DNA from: an uncultured delta proteobacterium
GTDB taxonomy: Bacteria; Myxococcota_A; Polyangia; Polyangiales; Polyangiaceae
DNA: 64,000 bases
Direction of reading: 5' to 3'
Assembly (NCBI GenBank): GCA_963782055.1
Contig: CAWAIF010000003.1
Span: 5,280,001 to 5,344,000, forward strand
Position numbers and translations under genes: made by a program. The notes beneath the pieces are model-generated. The model saw nothing but the letters and a program-made list of their open reading frames with translations. It was not told where the DNA came from and did not search any database. The stretch's first letter is position 1; every line of letters starts with the position of its first letter. Of the stretch, positions 20,643 to 30,829 are shown one piece after another.

Positions 20643-22669
20643 CGGTCGCGCTCCGTCCCGCTCTCCCAGAAGGGCGCGGAGGTGTTGATGCGCGCGTCGG
20701 CGGCGATGAGGAAGACGCCGGAGACGGCGATGGCGGCGCCGGGACGTAGGCCATCCAGCACCTCGTAGCGGCCGCCGGCCCGGGCGCCGACCGTCACCTC
20801 CGTCGGTCGAAAGCGGCCGTCACCCAGGTCCAGGAAGACCAGGCGCCGCGGGCCGGTGTAGACGACCGCGGAGACCGGCACCTGCAGCCGCGGGCCGAGA
20901 TCGGTCTGGAGCATGACCGTCGCGTACATGCCGGGGCGCAGGTCCATGTCGGCGTTCTTCAGCACGACGCGCACGCGCCCGGTCCGCGTCGTGGTGTCGA
21001 GGTACGGGTAGACGTAGGCCACGCGCGCGTCCCAGGTGCGGCCGGGCACGTAGTCGAGCGTCACGGTGGCCTTCTCGCCCACCGTGACGTGGGGCAGGTC
21101 CTGCTCGTAGACCTCCGCCTCCACCCACACCTTGTCCAGGGAGGCGATGCGGTACAGCCGCTGCCCGGGCGTGACCGAGGCCCCCTCCACCACGTTCTTC
21201 TCGATCACGTAACCGCTCGCCGGCGCGTAGAAGGTCACGTGCTCCTGGGGCTCCGTCTTGCCGGCGAGCGCGGCGAGCTGGCCGTCGCTCATGCCGAGCA
21301 GGCGCAGCCGCTCGCGCGCCGCGCCGGCGAGGTAGGGCACGCGGGCCGCGCCGCCGTCCACCGGGCCGCTCTGCCCGTGGAGGGAGAGCAGGTAGTCCTG
21401 CTCGGCGGCGTAGAGCTCCGGGCTGTAAAGAGAGAAGAGCGGCTGCCCGCGCCGGACGCGCTGGCCGGTCTCGGTGACGTACAGGTGGTCGATCCACCCG
21501 CGCACCTTGAGGTTGACGTCGGTGAGGCCGGACTCGTCGTAGCCGAGCTTGCCGACGGCGCGAATGGAGTCGGTCATGGGGGCGACCTCCGCGCGGCCGG
21601 TGCGCACGCCGATGAGCTGGCGCCGCGTCTGGTCGACCGTCACGTCATAGTCGGAGGGTGCCATCTGCGACGTCGCCTGCGCGACCTCGCTCCAGGCGTT
21701 CTCGTCGCCGCAGGTGAGCATCTTGGTGCCCATGTACGGGTTGTCGGCGGTCTCCTTGCGCTGCATCCAGCGCGGGTGGCCGTCGGCCATCGGGCACTGG
21801 AAGACGCGCCAGCCAGCCTGCAGGCCCGGCGCGCGCGCGATGACGGCGAGGAGGTCGCGGCTCGCCGCGCCGAACGCCGTGCGCGCGTCCTCGAGCGAGG
21901 AGGTCCGCGCGAGGGCGTCGCTGGAGGTCACGGCGCGCGCGATCATCTCCCGCGCCTCGGAGGGCCCCTTGGGGAGGGTCTCCAGCGCCGCGCGGAGCGC
22001 CTCCGAGAGCGTGCGGGCATCGGCGACGACCCCGTCGGTGCGGTCCGACGCGAGCGTCTCGCGGATGCGGGCGTAGGCGTCCATCCCGCCGCGCAGCGAG
22101 TCCACCCCGGCCGGCGGCAGCGCGAGCGTCTGCGGGGCCCCGGCGTCCATCGGCATGGTCATCGCCATCGCGCCGCCGGTCGTGGCGGTGAGCCCCGACG
22201 AGCCGACGGTCATGCTGAAGTCCTGCGAGGAGCTCCCGGCCTTCGAGTCCACCGTGGTCTTCAGCGTCCACGTCCCGCCCATCGGCAGGTCGAACGTCGC
22301 GCGGTAGCGGCCGGCGCCCTCGTGCGAGACCGTGGCGGGGCCCTTCATCTCCGCCATCGCCCCCATCGCGGGCATGTCGTAGAGGACGTCCACCTTCGCG
22401 TCGTCGACGGGCTTGCCCTCCGCGTCGCTCACCGTGACGAGCAGCGTCTGCCCCTGCGCGCGCGGCGGGTCGGGGTCGAGCGCGGCCGAGAGGCCCAGCC
22501 CGCCCGCCTTCACGACGACAGCCTTGCCCTCGGCGCCTCCCACTCGGCCGCCGGTGAACCACGCGACGAGGGCGTGGCGAAAGACCAGCCCCGCGACCAG
22601 GGCCGCCGCCAGGAGCGCGAGGCCCACCAGCCACGATCGATGCTTGCCGAACCTCGTGAGGAAGCTCAT
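20639..22669 (-). CDS. cusB: CusB-like RND periplasmic adaptor with extra YtkA/FixH-like and DUF3347-like domains
   Basis: YDMPAMGAM domain, FQCPMA...NPYMGTKMLTCG domain, then membrane-fusion core YSPELYAAEQDYL, LRPGMYA. Stop overlaps the cusA start. Confidence 0.85.
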   Translation of the reverse strand: MSFLTRFGKHRSWLVGLALLAAALVAGLVFRHALVAWFTGGRVGGAEGKAVVVKAGGLGLSAALDPDPPRAQGQTLLVTVSDAEGKPVDDAKVDVLYDMPAMGAMAEMKGPATVSHEGAGRYRATFDLPMGGTWTLKTTVDSKAGSSSQDFSMTVGSSGLTATTGGAMAMTMPMDAGAPQTLALPPAGVDSLRGGMDAYARIRETLASDRTDGVVADARTLSEALRAALETLPKGPSEAREMIARAVTSSDALARTSSLEDARTAFGAASRDLLAVIARAPGLQAGWRVFQCPMADGHPRWMQRKETADNPYMGTKMLTCGDENAWSEVAQATSQMAPSDYDVTVDQTRRQLIGVRTGRAEVAPMTDSIRAVGKLGYDESGLTDVNLKVRGWIDHLYVTETGQRVRRGQPLFSLYSPELYAAEQDYLLSLHGQSGPVDGGAARVPYLAGAARERLRLLGMSDGQLAALAGKTEPQEHVTFYAPASGYVIEKNVVEGASVTPGQRLYRIASLDKVWVEAEVYEQDLPHVTVGEKATVTLDYVPGRTWDARVAYVYPYLDTTTRTGRVRVVLKNADMDLRPGMYATVMLQTDLGPRLQVPVSAVVYTGPRRLVFLDLGDGRFRPTEVTVGARAGGRYEVLDGLRPGAAIAVSGVFLIAADARINTSAPFWESGTERDR

Positions 22670-24015
22670 CGCCCGGCTCCTTCCTCGCCGCCGGGGACGT
22701 GCCCCAGCGTGCGGTCCAGCTCGGCGGCGCGCCGGTCCAGGTCGGCGCGCGCCATCTCCAGCTCCAGCTCCGCCTGCCGGAGCCCCTTCTCGGCGTCCAT
22801 CACCGCCACGAAGCCGTTCTGCGAGGCGACGAAGCCGGCGCGCGCGGCGGACACCTCGTCGCGCGCCACGGGGACGAGGCGCTTCTCGTAGAGGTCGACC
22901 ACCTCGCGCGCCTCGCGCAGGCGGCGCAGCGCCACCGCGACGTCGGTGCGCGCGCGGTCGGTGAGGCTGACGATCTGGTCCTCGTAGCGCCGCCGCGAGG
23001 CGTCCGCCTCCTCCACCGCCGCGCCTCGTCGCCCGAGCTGCAGGGGCACGTTCAGCCCGACCCCCACCGTCCAGCGGTGCTCCGAGAGCACGACCATGGT
23101 GTTGTAGGCGGTCGTCACCTCCAGGTCCGGCCAGTACTCTTCCCGGGCGACGTCCGCGCGCGCCTGCGCCGCCCGCGCGTGCGCCCTCGCCGCGGCGAGG
23201 TCGGGCCGGTCGCGCAGCGCCGTGCCCGCGAGCTCCGCCACGCTCCGCCCCGCGACGCGCGGCGGGGGCAGAGCCTGCGGCGGCGGGGGGAGCGGCGCGG
23301 TGGGGTCGCGGTGCAGCAGCTCGTCCATCTGCGCCACCGTCACGTCGCGGCTGCTCGAGAGCGTGAGCGCCTCCCGCTGCAGCCGCACCTGCTCCACCTC
23401 CGCCTGCAAGGCGTCCTGTGCGGAGCCACGCCCCGCCTGGTACGCGGCGAGGGCGCTGGTCTTCAGGTCGCCGAGCAGCGCCTGGTGATGCGCGTTCACC
23501 TGCAGCGACCGCGTGACGACGTAGTAGTCGTCGAAGAGGAGGGAGGTCATCAGCGCGAGCTGGAGCCGCACGGCCTGGTAGTCCTCCTTCGCCGCCTCTG
23601 CCTCTGCCTCCGCCGCTGCCTTCTGCATGCCGATCTTGCCCGGGAAGGGGAAGCGCTGGCTGATGCCCACCTGCAACCCCACGCGCACGTCCGAGCCGAC
23701 GGAGAGCGGCGCCAGGGCGAAGCTCACGCGAGGGTCGTCGTAGCGCCCTGCCTGCGGGTAGCGCGCGAGCGCGGCGCGCCACGCCTGCCGCGCCCCGGCG
23801 ACGCTCGGGTTGCGGTCGAGCACGGCGCGCACCAGGGCGTCGCGCGTGAGCACCGGCCCGGGGAGGGCGCCCTCACCCGCACCGGCGTCGGCGGCGCGGC
23901 GCTCGTCGCGCTGGAGGTCGGTCTGCATGGCCTCGTAGGACATGCGGCCGGTGGTGGCGCACCCGGCGGCCGCGAGCGACAGCACGGCGCAGCCGATGAA
24001 GAACGTTCTGAACAT
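22666..24015 (-). CDS. TolC-family outer-membrane efflux lipoprotein
   Basis: AAGC lipobox, RNPSV, SQRFPFPGK, RPDL. Coupled to cusB. Confidence 0.88.
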   Translation of the reverse strand: MFRTFFIGCAVLSLAAAGCATTGRMSYEAMQTDLQRDERRAADAGAGEGALPGPVLTRDALVRAVLDRNPSVAGARQAWRAALARYPQAGRYDDPRVSFALAPLSVGSDVRVGLQVGISQRFPFPGKIGMQKAAAEAEAEAAKEDYQAVRLQLALMTSLLFDDYYVVTRSLQVNAHHQALLGDLKTSALAAYQAGRGSAQDALQAEVEQVRLQREALTLSSSRDVTVAQMDELLHRDPTAPLPPPPQALPPPRVAGRSVAELAGTALRDRPDLAAARAHARAAQARADVAREEYWPDLEVTTAYNTMVVLSEHRWTVGVGLNVPLQLGRRGAAVEEADASRRRYEDQIVSLTDRARTDVAVALRRLREAREVVDLYEKRLVPVARDEVSAARAGFVASQNGFVAVMDAEKGLRQAELELEMARADLDRRAAELDRTLGHVPGGEEGAGR

Positions 24016-24143
24016 GCGGTCTCCTCCGTCGGTCCGCCCGAAGGGCGGGATGGACGGCGCACACGCGGCGGACGGCCCGGAGGCCGCCCGTCACGCGAGG
24101 CGGGGTGCACGCGCGCGCCTGCGAGGCGCGGGCACCCGGGAGA

Positions 24144-24578
24144 TCAGATCAGGAAGACGCCGAGCGCGGCACGCGGTGGACAGGAGGAGCGCGGCGGCCC
24201 GACGGCGAAGCGCGACGACACTCGGTCCGGCGCGACGCACGACGCGGAGAGGACACCCGGCGTGGGGAGCGTCGCGACATGTGGCGCGGCCGGCAGACCG
24301 GCGGCGACGACCGACTGCCCGGCAGGCAGCTTCGCCACGTCGAGGGCCCCGCAGCAGGGCGGGTCGGGGGCGCGCGCGTCGGGCTGGCGAGAGGCGTGCT
24401 GCTCGCCACAGCAGGGGGCGGCGAGCAGCTCCCCCATCGCCGCGCAGTAGAAATACCGGTGGCCGGCCTGCAGCAACCCCGCGAGAAGCATCAGGGCGGC
24501 GAGCGCCGGCACGAGTCGCCTCACCGCGCGGACGGCCGCGGGGCGCCACGAGACTCGAAGCCGGCCGACCCTCATCAC
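24144..24578 (-). CDS. Cys-rich hypothetical protein upstream of the cus operon
   Basis: YFYC, PCC and PCC motifs, C-terminal GPP...LGVFLI. Start uncertain. Confidence 0.55.
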   Translation of the reverse strand: MMRVGRLRVSWRPAAVRAVRRLVPALAALMLLAGLLQAGHRYFYCAAMGELLAAPCCGEQHASRQPDARAPDPPCCGALDVAKLPAGQSVVAAGLPAAPHVATLPTPGVLSASCVAPDRVSSRFAVGPPRSSCPPRAALGVFLI

Positions 24579-24679
24579 TCCAATGTAGAGGCGCGCCAGG
24601 GCGCCGGCAAGCTGGGGCGCAAAAGGCGCAGCGCGTGCGGCTGCTGCGGGCGTTGAAAAGAGAGTAGGCTCACTGTCCG

Positions 24680-25894
24680 ATGAGCGACAAGCCCAGCGAC
24701 CCTCGTCACGACACGCTCGCCATTTCTGCGGTCACGCCGCCCAAAGCGGGCGCCACCTCGGTGCTCGTCGTCGACGACGACGCGCAGCTCCGCCGCGCGC
24801 TCACGCGCCTGCTCACCGCCGCCGGCCACGACGTCGTGGGGGCGGAGGACGGCACCACCGCCGTCGAGCTCATCATGGCGCGGCGCTTCGACGTCATCCT
24901 CAGCGACATCCAGATGCCCAACATGTCCGGCGTGGACCTGCTGAGCATCGTGCGCGCCTACGACCTGGACGTGCCGGTCATCCTGATGACAGGCGCGCCC
25001 ACGCTGGAGACCGCGATGGAGGCCGTCTCCCTCGGCGCGCTGCAGTATCTGACGAAGCCCATCCCCAACGACACGCTCGTGAAGGCGATCGAGCGGGCCG
25101 CGCAGCTGCATCGCATGGCACGGATGAAGCGCGACGCGCAGAAGCTGCTCGGCGGCGAGGGGGTGGAGGCGGGCGACCGCGCCGGCCTCCAGGCGGGCTT
25201 CGATCGCGCGCTGGACAGCCTCTGGATGGCCTTCCAGCCCATCGTCGACACGACGACGAAGAAGGTGTTTGCCTACGAGGCGCTGATGCGCAGCAAGGAG
25301 CCTTCCCTCCCCCACCCCGGCGCGGTGCTGGACGCGGCCGAGCGCCTGGACAGGCTTCCGGATCTCGGCCGGCGGGTCCGTGCGCTCAGCGCGGCAGCCT
25401 TCGAGGGCGCGCCGGACGACGCGCTGCTCTTCGTCAACCTGCACACGCGCGACCTGCTCGACCCTTCCCTCTTCGAGGCGTCCAGCCCGCTCACCAAGCT
25501 GGCCGAGCGCGTCGTGCTGGAGATCACCGAGCGCGCCGCCATCGACGACGTGAAGGACATCCAGGGTCGCGTGAGCGTGCTGCGCTTCCACGGCTTCCGC
25601 ATCGCCATCGACGACCTGGGCGCCGGCTACGCCGGGCTCTCCAGCTTCGTCGCGCTGGAGCCGGACTTCGTGAAGCTGGACATGTCCCTGGTGCGCAACG
25701 TGCACGAGTCACCCATCCGGCAACGCCTCGTCGGGTCGATGGCGTCGCTGTGCCGGGACATGGGGATGAGCGTCATCGCCGAGGGCGTGGAGGTTCCGGC
25801 GGAGTACGAGTGCATCAAGGGCTTCGGCTGCAAGCTGCACCAGGGCTACCTGTTCGCCAAGCCGGGCCCCCCGTTCCCCGAACCGGTGTTCTGA
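24680..25894 (+). CDS. Response regulator receiver + EAL phosphodiesterase
   Basis: VLVVDDD, SDIQMP, YLTKP; FQPIVD, YEALMR, EITE, AIDDLGAGY, VKLD, AEGVE, QGYLF. Confidence 0.93.
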   Translation: MSDKPSDPRHDTLAISAVTPPKAGATSVLVVDDDAQLRRALTRLLTAAGHDVVGAEDGTTAVELIMARRFDVILSDIQMPNMSGVDLLSIVRAYDLDVPVILMTGAPTLETAMEAVSLGALQYLTKPIPNDTLVKAIERAAQLHRMARMKRDAQKLLGGEGVEAGDRAGLQAGFDRALDSLWMAFQPIVDTTTKKVFAYEALMRSKEPSLPHPGAVLDAAERLDRLPDLGRRVRALSAAAFEGAPDDALLFVNLHTRDLLDPSLFEASSPLTKLAERVVLEITERAAIDDVKDIQGRVSVLRFHGFRIAIDDLGAGYAGLSSFVALEPDFVKLDMSLVRNVHESPIRQRLVGSMASLCRDMGMSVIAEGVEVPAEYECIKGFGCKLHQGYLFAKPGPPFPEPVF

Positions 25895-25901
25895 AGCGAG
25901 A

Positions 25902-26164
25902 TCGCCGCGCACGGTGTGCCCTCCGCGCTGGCCGATGCACGAGTGCGGGAGGACGAAGGGCATGCGCAACAGAAGCCACGCCCTGCCGGTCGCCATGCCT
26001 GTCGGAGCGGGAGAAGGGATTCGAATCCGAGTGCACGAGTGCATCGGCCGCCGCCCACCGTGTGCCCTCCGCGCTGGCCGATGCACGAGTGCGGGAGGAC
26101 GAAGGGCATGCGCAACAGAAGCCACGCCCTGCCGGTCGCCATGCCTGTCGGAGCGGGAGAAGGG
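25902..26164 (-). repeat. Left part of a 146-bp tandem repeat array; each unit carries the tRNA-Gly 3' end
   Basis: GTGTGCCCTCC at 25914 and 26060. GGAGCGGGAGAAGGG at 26004 and 26150. 26004-26025 is the reverse complement of the tRNA end TTCGAATCCCTTCTCCCGCTCC. Confidence 0.95.
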
Positions 26165-26536
26165 CCCCGAAACCGGCGGAACCAACAGGGCGGCGATCAC
26201 GTACGACGGCGCGTTTTCCGCGGGTTTCGGGGCTGGTCCTGCGACGGCAGGCGACGGCACATGACTGGGGGGGACGTGGAGTGCGGCAACCAGCAGGAAA
26301 CGAAGACGTGCAGGGGTGCACCCGAACGGCCCCGACGAGTCTCCCCTGCCGGCGGAGCTACCGCGGGCGGGTGCGCTCCGCGCCGCAGTTCGGGCACCGG
26401 AGCGGTCCGTCCCGATGCGGGCTGTCGGTGGAAACCTCAACCTGCCCAACCGCATCCTAGTACTAGAATGTCGGCTTGCTCTTTCGCACGAGGAGCGTGG
26501 CGCCCGAGGCGGTCAACAACTCCACGTCGTCGGGAT

Positions 26537-28971
26537 TGATGGTTCCGGAAAATCTGAGGGCACCCATTCCGGAAAATCTGAGGGCTCCCGGAAGAGAGGC
26601 ACCTCATGATGGAATCCCCGGTGATGGCTCACAGGCGGGTGCATGCGGAGGAGATGCTGCCTCTGCTCAAGCGCCACGAAATCCAGGTCTTGCTTCACGC
26701 GGGGCACACCCGCAAGGACGTTGCCGAGCGCACGGGTACGTCGGTCGCGACTGTTGACCGCGTCAGGCGCGAGGAGGAGGTGGCGGTCGTCGATGACGCC
26801 GCGGCGCGTGTGGGTCGTGGCATCGGCCGGCCGTCGAAAGCCACGCCCTTCGCCGAGCGCGTTCGCACGTGGCTCGCCGAGGAGCCCGAGCTCCCGACCC
26901 AGGAGCTGCTGCGTCGCGCGACGCAGGCGGGGTACGCGGGACACAAGTCGGCCTTCTACGCCCTGGTCGCCGGCGTCCGCCCACCCCGCGCCGCCCCCGT
27001 CGTGCGCTTCGAGGGCCTGCCCGGCGAGTTCTCGCAGCACGACTTCGGCCACGTCGACGTCACGTTCGTGGGCGGCCGCAAGAAGCGGTTCCACTTCTTC
27101 GCCTCGCGCCTGAAGTACTCGCGCTTCGTCGCCGTCTCCCTCGTCGACAACGAGCGCGTCGAGACGGTTGTGCGCTGCCTGGCGCGCCACTTCGTCGCCT
27201 TCGGCGGGTTGCCCCTGATGGCCGTCTTCGACCGCCCCAGGACCATCGTGAAGAAGTCCGGCAAGGGGCGCGACGTCGAGGAGTTCAACGCCACCTTCGC
27301 GCAGGCCATCGTGGACATCGGCGTCGGCGTGGAGATGTGCGCGCCGCGCAGCGGCAACCAGAAGGGCTCGGTCGAGCGGCTCGTCGGCTGGGTGAAGAGC
27401 TCCTTCTTCAAGCACCGCAAGTTCCAGGACGAAGCCGATCTCGAGGCGCAGCTCGCCGCGTGGCAGGTCGAGATCAACACCAGGACGCCTTCGCGCGCCA
27501 CCGGCGAGATTCCGGAAACACGGCGCCAGGAGGAGCTCGCGCGCCTGCGCCCCGTCAAGGTCTTTCCGGAAAAGCTCGCCCTGCGCGTCCCCGTCTTCGT
27601 GGGCCCCACCGCCGAGGTGATGTTCGAGGGCGTGCCGTACTCGATGCCGCCGCAGGCGACGCATGTCGCCGGCACCCTCTTCCTCTACGAGGAGCGCCTG
27701 CACATCGTCGCCGGCCGCTTCGAGGCGTGGCACCGCCGAAGGCGCAAGGGCGAGCCACCCGCGCCGCTGCCAGAGCATCGCGCCGCCAAGATCGCCGCCG
27801 TCCACGGCAAGCGCGCCAAGCTCTACGAGAAGCGCCAGCAGCTGCTCAACCTCGGCTCCGATGCCCTCGCGCTGCTCACCGAGATCACCCACCGCGAGCC
27901 GAAGCTCGCCAGCCGTCGCGTCGAGGACCTCTACGCGCTGCTCGAGCAGTACGGTGACGACGTCTTGCGCGACGCGATGGGGCGCGCGGTCCGCTCCGGC
28001 ACCTTGTCCGTCGCCGGCGTCAAGCACGCTCTGCAGGCGTTGAGCGCCCGGAGGCGCGGAGGCGCACGCCTCCGTGCCGCAGTGGCGCAACCGCGCGGGC
28101 GACAGCCTCACCAGCTCGGCTTGCCCTTGGGCCGCGCGGGCTCGAAGGGAGGTGCCTCGTGAGCTCCGACCTCGACCCGCTGCTCAAGCGCCTGCACCTC
28201 GCCAACGCGCGCCGCACCTGGCGCGACCTCGTCCAGCGCGCCGAGAAGGAAGACTGGTCGTACGACGCGCTGCTCCTCACGCTCTTCTCGGAGGAGGTCG
28301 CGCATCGCCGCGGCACGCGGCTCGCTCGCGCCGTCCGCGCCGCCGGCTTTCCCTTCCTGCGCACCATCGAGGAGTTCGACTTCACCTACCAGTCGAGCCT
28401 GCGCCTCACGACCATCGGCTCGCTGCTCACCCCGGACTTCGTCACCGAAGGTCATTCGGTCATCCTCGAGGGCAAGCCTGGCCGCGGCAAGACGCACCTC
28501 GCCGTCGCCATCGCGTACCGCGCGATGCAGAACGGCTTCGATGCGCTCTTCACGACCGCGGCGGAGCTCATCGACGACCTGTCCGCCGCCAGTCGTGACG
28601 GCACCATGCGCGACACGCTCGGGCGCTACGTCAAGCCTCACGTCCTGGTGGTCGACGAGGTCGGTTACCTTGGCTACGGCGACGATGCCGCCAACGTGCT
28701 CTACCACGTCGTCAACGACCGACACATCCGCCGCCGCGCCATGGTCTTCACCACCAACAAGCACCCGAAGCGCTGGGGGGCCGTCCTGCACGACGATGAC
28801 CTCGCCGAGGCCATCGTCGATCGAATCCTCGAGCACGGTCGGCTGCTACGTCTCGACGGGCCATCGCTCAGGACGAAGCACCTTCCCGAGGACGAACTCC
28901 GGCTCGATGACCGAGACACAGGGGCTGTCAGATTTTCTGGAAAACAGTCCTCAGAATTTCCGGAACGCACA
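26537..28971 (+). mobile_element. IS21-family insertion sequence, complete
   Basis: Ends TGATGGTTCCGGAA / TTCCGGAACGCACA. Reiterated TTCCGGAAAATCTGAGG sub-terminal repeats. 5-bp TSD GGGAT (26532-26536, 28972-28976). Confidence 0.95.
26606..28162 (+). CDS. istA: IS21 transposase
   Basis: RFEGLPGEFSQHDFG, VFDRPRTIV, QKGSVERLVG (DDE). True start may be about 26654. Confidence 0.93.
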   Translation: MMESPVMAHRRVHAEEMLPLLKRHEIQVLLHAGHTRKDVAERTGTSVATVDRVRREEEVAVVDDAAARVGRGIGRPSKATPFAERVRTWLAEEPELPTQELLRRATQAGYAGHKSAFYALVAGVRPPRAAPVVRFEGLPGEFSQHDFGHVDVTFVGGRKKRFHFFASRLKYSRFVAVSLVDNERVETVVRCLARHFVAFGGLPLMAVFDRPRTIVKKSGKGRDVEEFNATFAQAIVDIGVGVEMCAPRSGNQKGSVERLVGWVKSSFFKHRKFQDEADLEAQLAAWQVEINTRTPSRATGEIPETRRQEELARLRPVKVFPEKLALRVPVFVGPTAEVMFEGVPYSMPPQATHVAGTLFLYEERLHIVAGRFEAWHRRRRKGEPPAPLPEHRAAKIAAVHGKRAKLYEKRQQLLNLGSDALALLTEITHREPKLASRRVEDLYALLEQYGDDVLRDAMGRAVRSGTLSVAGVKHALQALSARRRGGARLRAAVAQPRGRQPHQLGLPLGRAGSKGGAS

Positions 28972-28992
28972 GGGATGCAGGCGCCCGAGTGA
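28159..28992 (+). CDS. istB: IS21 helper ATPase
   Basis: GKPGRGKTHLA, LVVDEVGY, FTTNK, AIVDRIL. The ORF reads through the right IS end. Confidence 0.93.
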   Translation: MSSDLDPLLKRLHLANARRTWRDLVQRAEKEDWSYDALLLTLFSEEVAHRRGTRLARAVRAAGFPFLRTIEEFDFTYQSSLRLTTIGSLLTPDFVTEGHSVILEGKPGRGKTHLAVAIAYRAMQNGFDALFTTAAELIDDLSAASRDGTMRDTLGRYVKPHVLVVDEVGYLGYGDDAANVLYHVVNDRHIRRRAMVFTTNKHPKRWGAVLHDDDLAEAIVDRILEHGRLLRLDGPSLRTKHLPEDELRLDDRDTGAVRFSGKQSSEFPERTGMQAPE

Positions 28993-29699
28993 TACCTCCT
29001 CGTTGCTCACCTGCACGCGAACGTCCGTGACCGATTGCTCTCGAACGACAAGGCAGACGCGGATGCCGCTCGCGACTACGAGATCGAGTAGCTGCTGCGG
29101 GACCGGACAGGTCAGGCGGAAACGCCGTCGCGGTCCCCAACCGGGGCGGTCGGTGTCGAGGATCTCCACGTTGACGGTCGGCGGCTCGTAAGAGTGGATG
29201 AGCGCTTCGTGGCGAGCAATCCCGAGCTTCGGAAGACGTTTCGCCAGGCGCTCCTCGACCTTGCGGAGCATGTCGACATAGTCGCCGTCGTTCGTCTGCT
29301 CGACCTCGACGGCGGCTAGGACAATGCGCTCGACGTGCTCCCACTTCGGGCACCAATCGCCGATGGGTTGGTTCATCTGGTCCGTGAAGTCCACGAGCAG
29401 CTTGTCGCGCCCGTCGCCGAAGCTGCCGGTGCGCACGCGGTGAAACTGGAGCCACATGCCCGAGGGCTACCGGACTGGGCGAGCGGGTGTCAATCCGCCC
29501 CCTCCACTGTCGCCACCTCCAGAACCCGACCACCCGGCGGCCACCAGGGCGATGAACCAAGCGCGGTAGACCATGGCGGCAAGCGACATGGCGCCGCGCG
29601 CTAGCTTCGGCGTTGCGCGGTCACGGTGGTGGTCCGGCACCGGGCTGGAAGGCACGCAGCAGGATGTGCGCCGCGAGTGCCGCGAGTTCGGTTTGCGGT

Positions 29700-30768
29700 G
29701 GTACGCGTGCTCCTGTCCCAAGTGTCGCCGCTACCTCGTGACCGCGCCCACCCCGGACCAGGTCGTGGATCGTGGGCTGCTCGGCGACGAGCTTCTCGTG
29801 CAGGCGCTGGTGGATCACTACCAGGACGCGGTGCCGTGGGAGCGGATGGAGCGCAACGCGCGACAACAGGACGTGCCGCTCGCCGCCAACACGGTGGCGT
29901 CCTCCGTCGGGAAGGTGATCGACCTGTTCGACCCCGTCGTGCGCCACATCCGCGAGGCGTGCCTGTCGTCGAGCTTCACCGCGCTCGACGCGACGCGCAT
30001 GCCCGTGCTCGACCCGACGCATCCGCTCGGCATCAAGAGCGGCGCGCTCTGGCTCATCGAGGGGGATCATCGCCATGCGTGCTTCCTCTACGCGCCGAGC
30101 GGCCACGCCGAGCACCTGAAGAAGTTCTTCGAGCGCCGCACGCTCCGCAGCGTGATGTGCGACGGGTCGCCCACCAACAACTGCGTCGAGCACGCCGGCG
30201 GCCATCGTGGCGGCTGCAACGCCCACGGCTCCGTCGCGGCGACGCGCGCGCCGTGCCCGGGCTGGAACTCTACGCCAAGATCTTCCACGTCGACGCCCAG
30301 TCCAAGCGCGCAGGCGAGAGCATCGACCGGCGCTTCGAGCGGCGCCTCGAGGACAGCGCGCCCATCGTGGCCGAGCTTCGCGCCTGGCTTTCCCTGCGCC
30401 TCGTCGACGTCGAGCCCAGGAGCGTGCTCGGCCAGGCGCTCCGCTACCTCGATCGCCAGTGGTCGCGCCTCACGGCCTTCCTTCGCGATCCGCGCATGGA
30501 GCTCACCAACAACGAGGTCGAGGCCGGACTTCGGACCTGGGTCCTCGATCGCAAGACGTGGCTCTTCGTCGGCCACGAGCAGAGCGCACGCCGCGCCGCC
30601 GACGCCCTCACCCTCCTCACCACGTGCCAGAAGATGGCGATCGACCCGCGCGCCTACTTGCGCGACACCCTCGCGAGGATCCTCGCCGGTGACAAGAGCC
30701 TGGCGGCGCTGCTGCCGGAGACCTACGCGGCCTCGCGCGCCGAGCGGGCGCCACCCCGCGCCGCGTAG
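29700..30768 (+). pseudogene. IS66-family transposase (TnpC) remnant, 5'-truncated and frameshifted near 30230
   Basis: CPKC, ALDATRMPVL, MCDG, GCNAH in one frame; TNNEVEAGLR...RKTWLFVG, YLRDTL, LLP in another. Confidence 0.8.
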
Positions 30769-30829
30769 CCCTCGCGGTCATGCGCTCCGGGGGCTGACGC
30801 GCCGCCGGGGCCGTGCTTTCGTGCACGTC

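Larger units (their letters stand above)
26463..29457 (-). pseudogene. Hypothetical gene (~184 aa) interrupted by IS21
   Basis: 29457-28972 (...SLGRLHP) joins in frame across the GGGAT duplication to 26531-26463 (DDVELLTASGATLLVRKSKPTF*). Confidence 0.7.

Noticed and set aside
25902..26164. CRISPR array
   Set aside because: The sequences between the tRNA-end repeats are identical rather than unique spacers, the period is 146 bp, and no cas genes are present.
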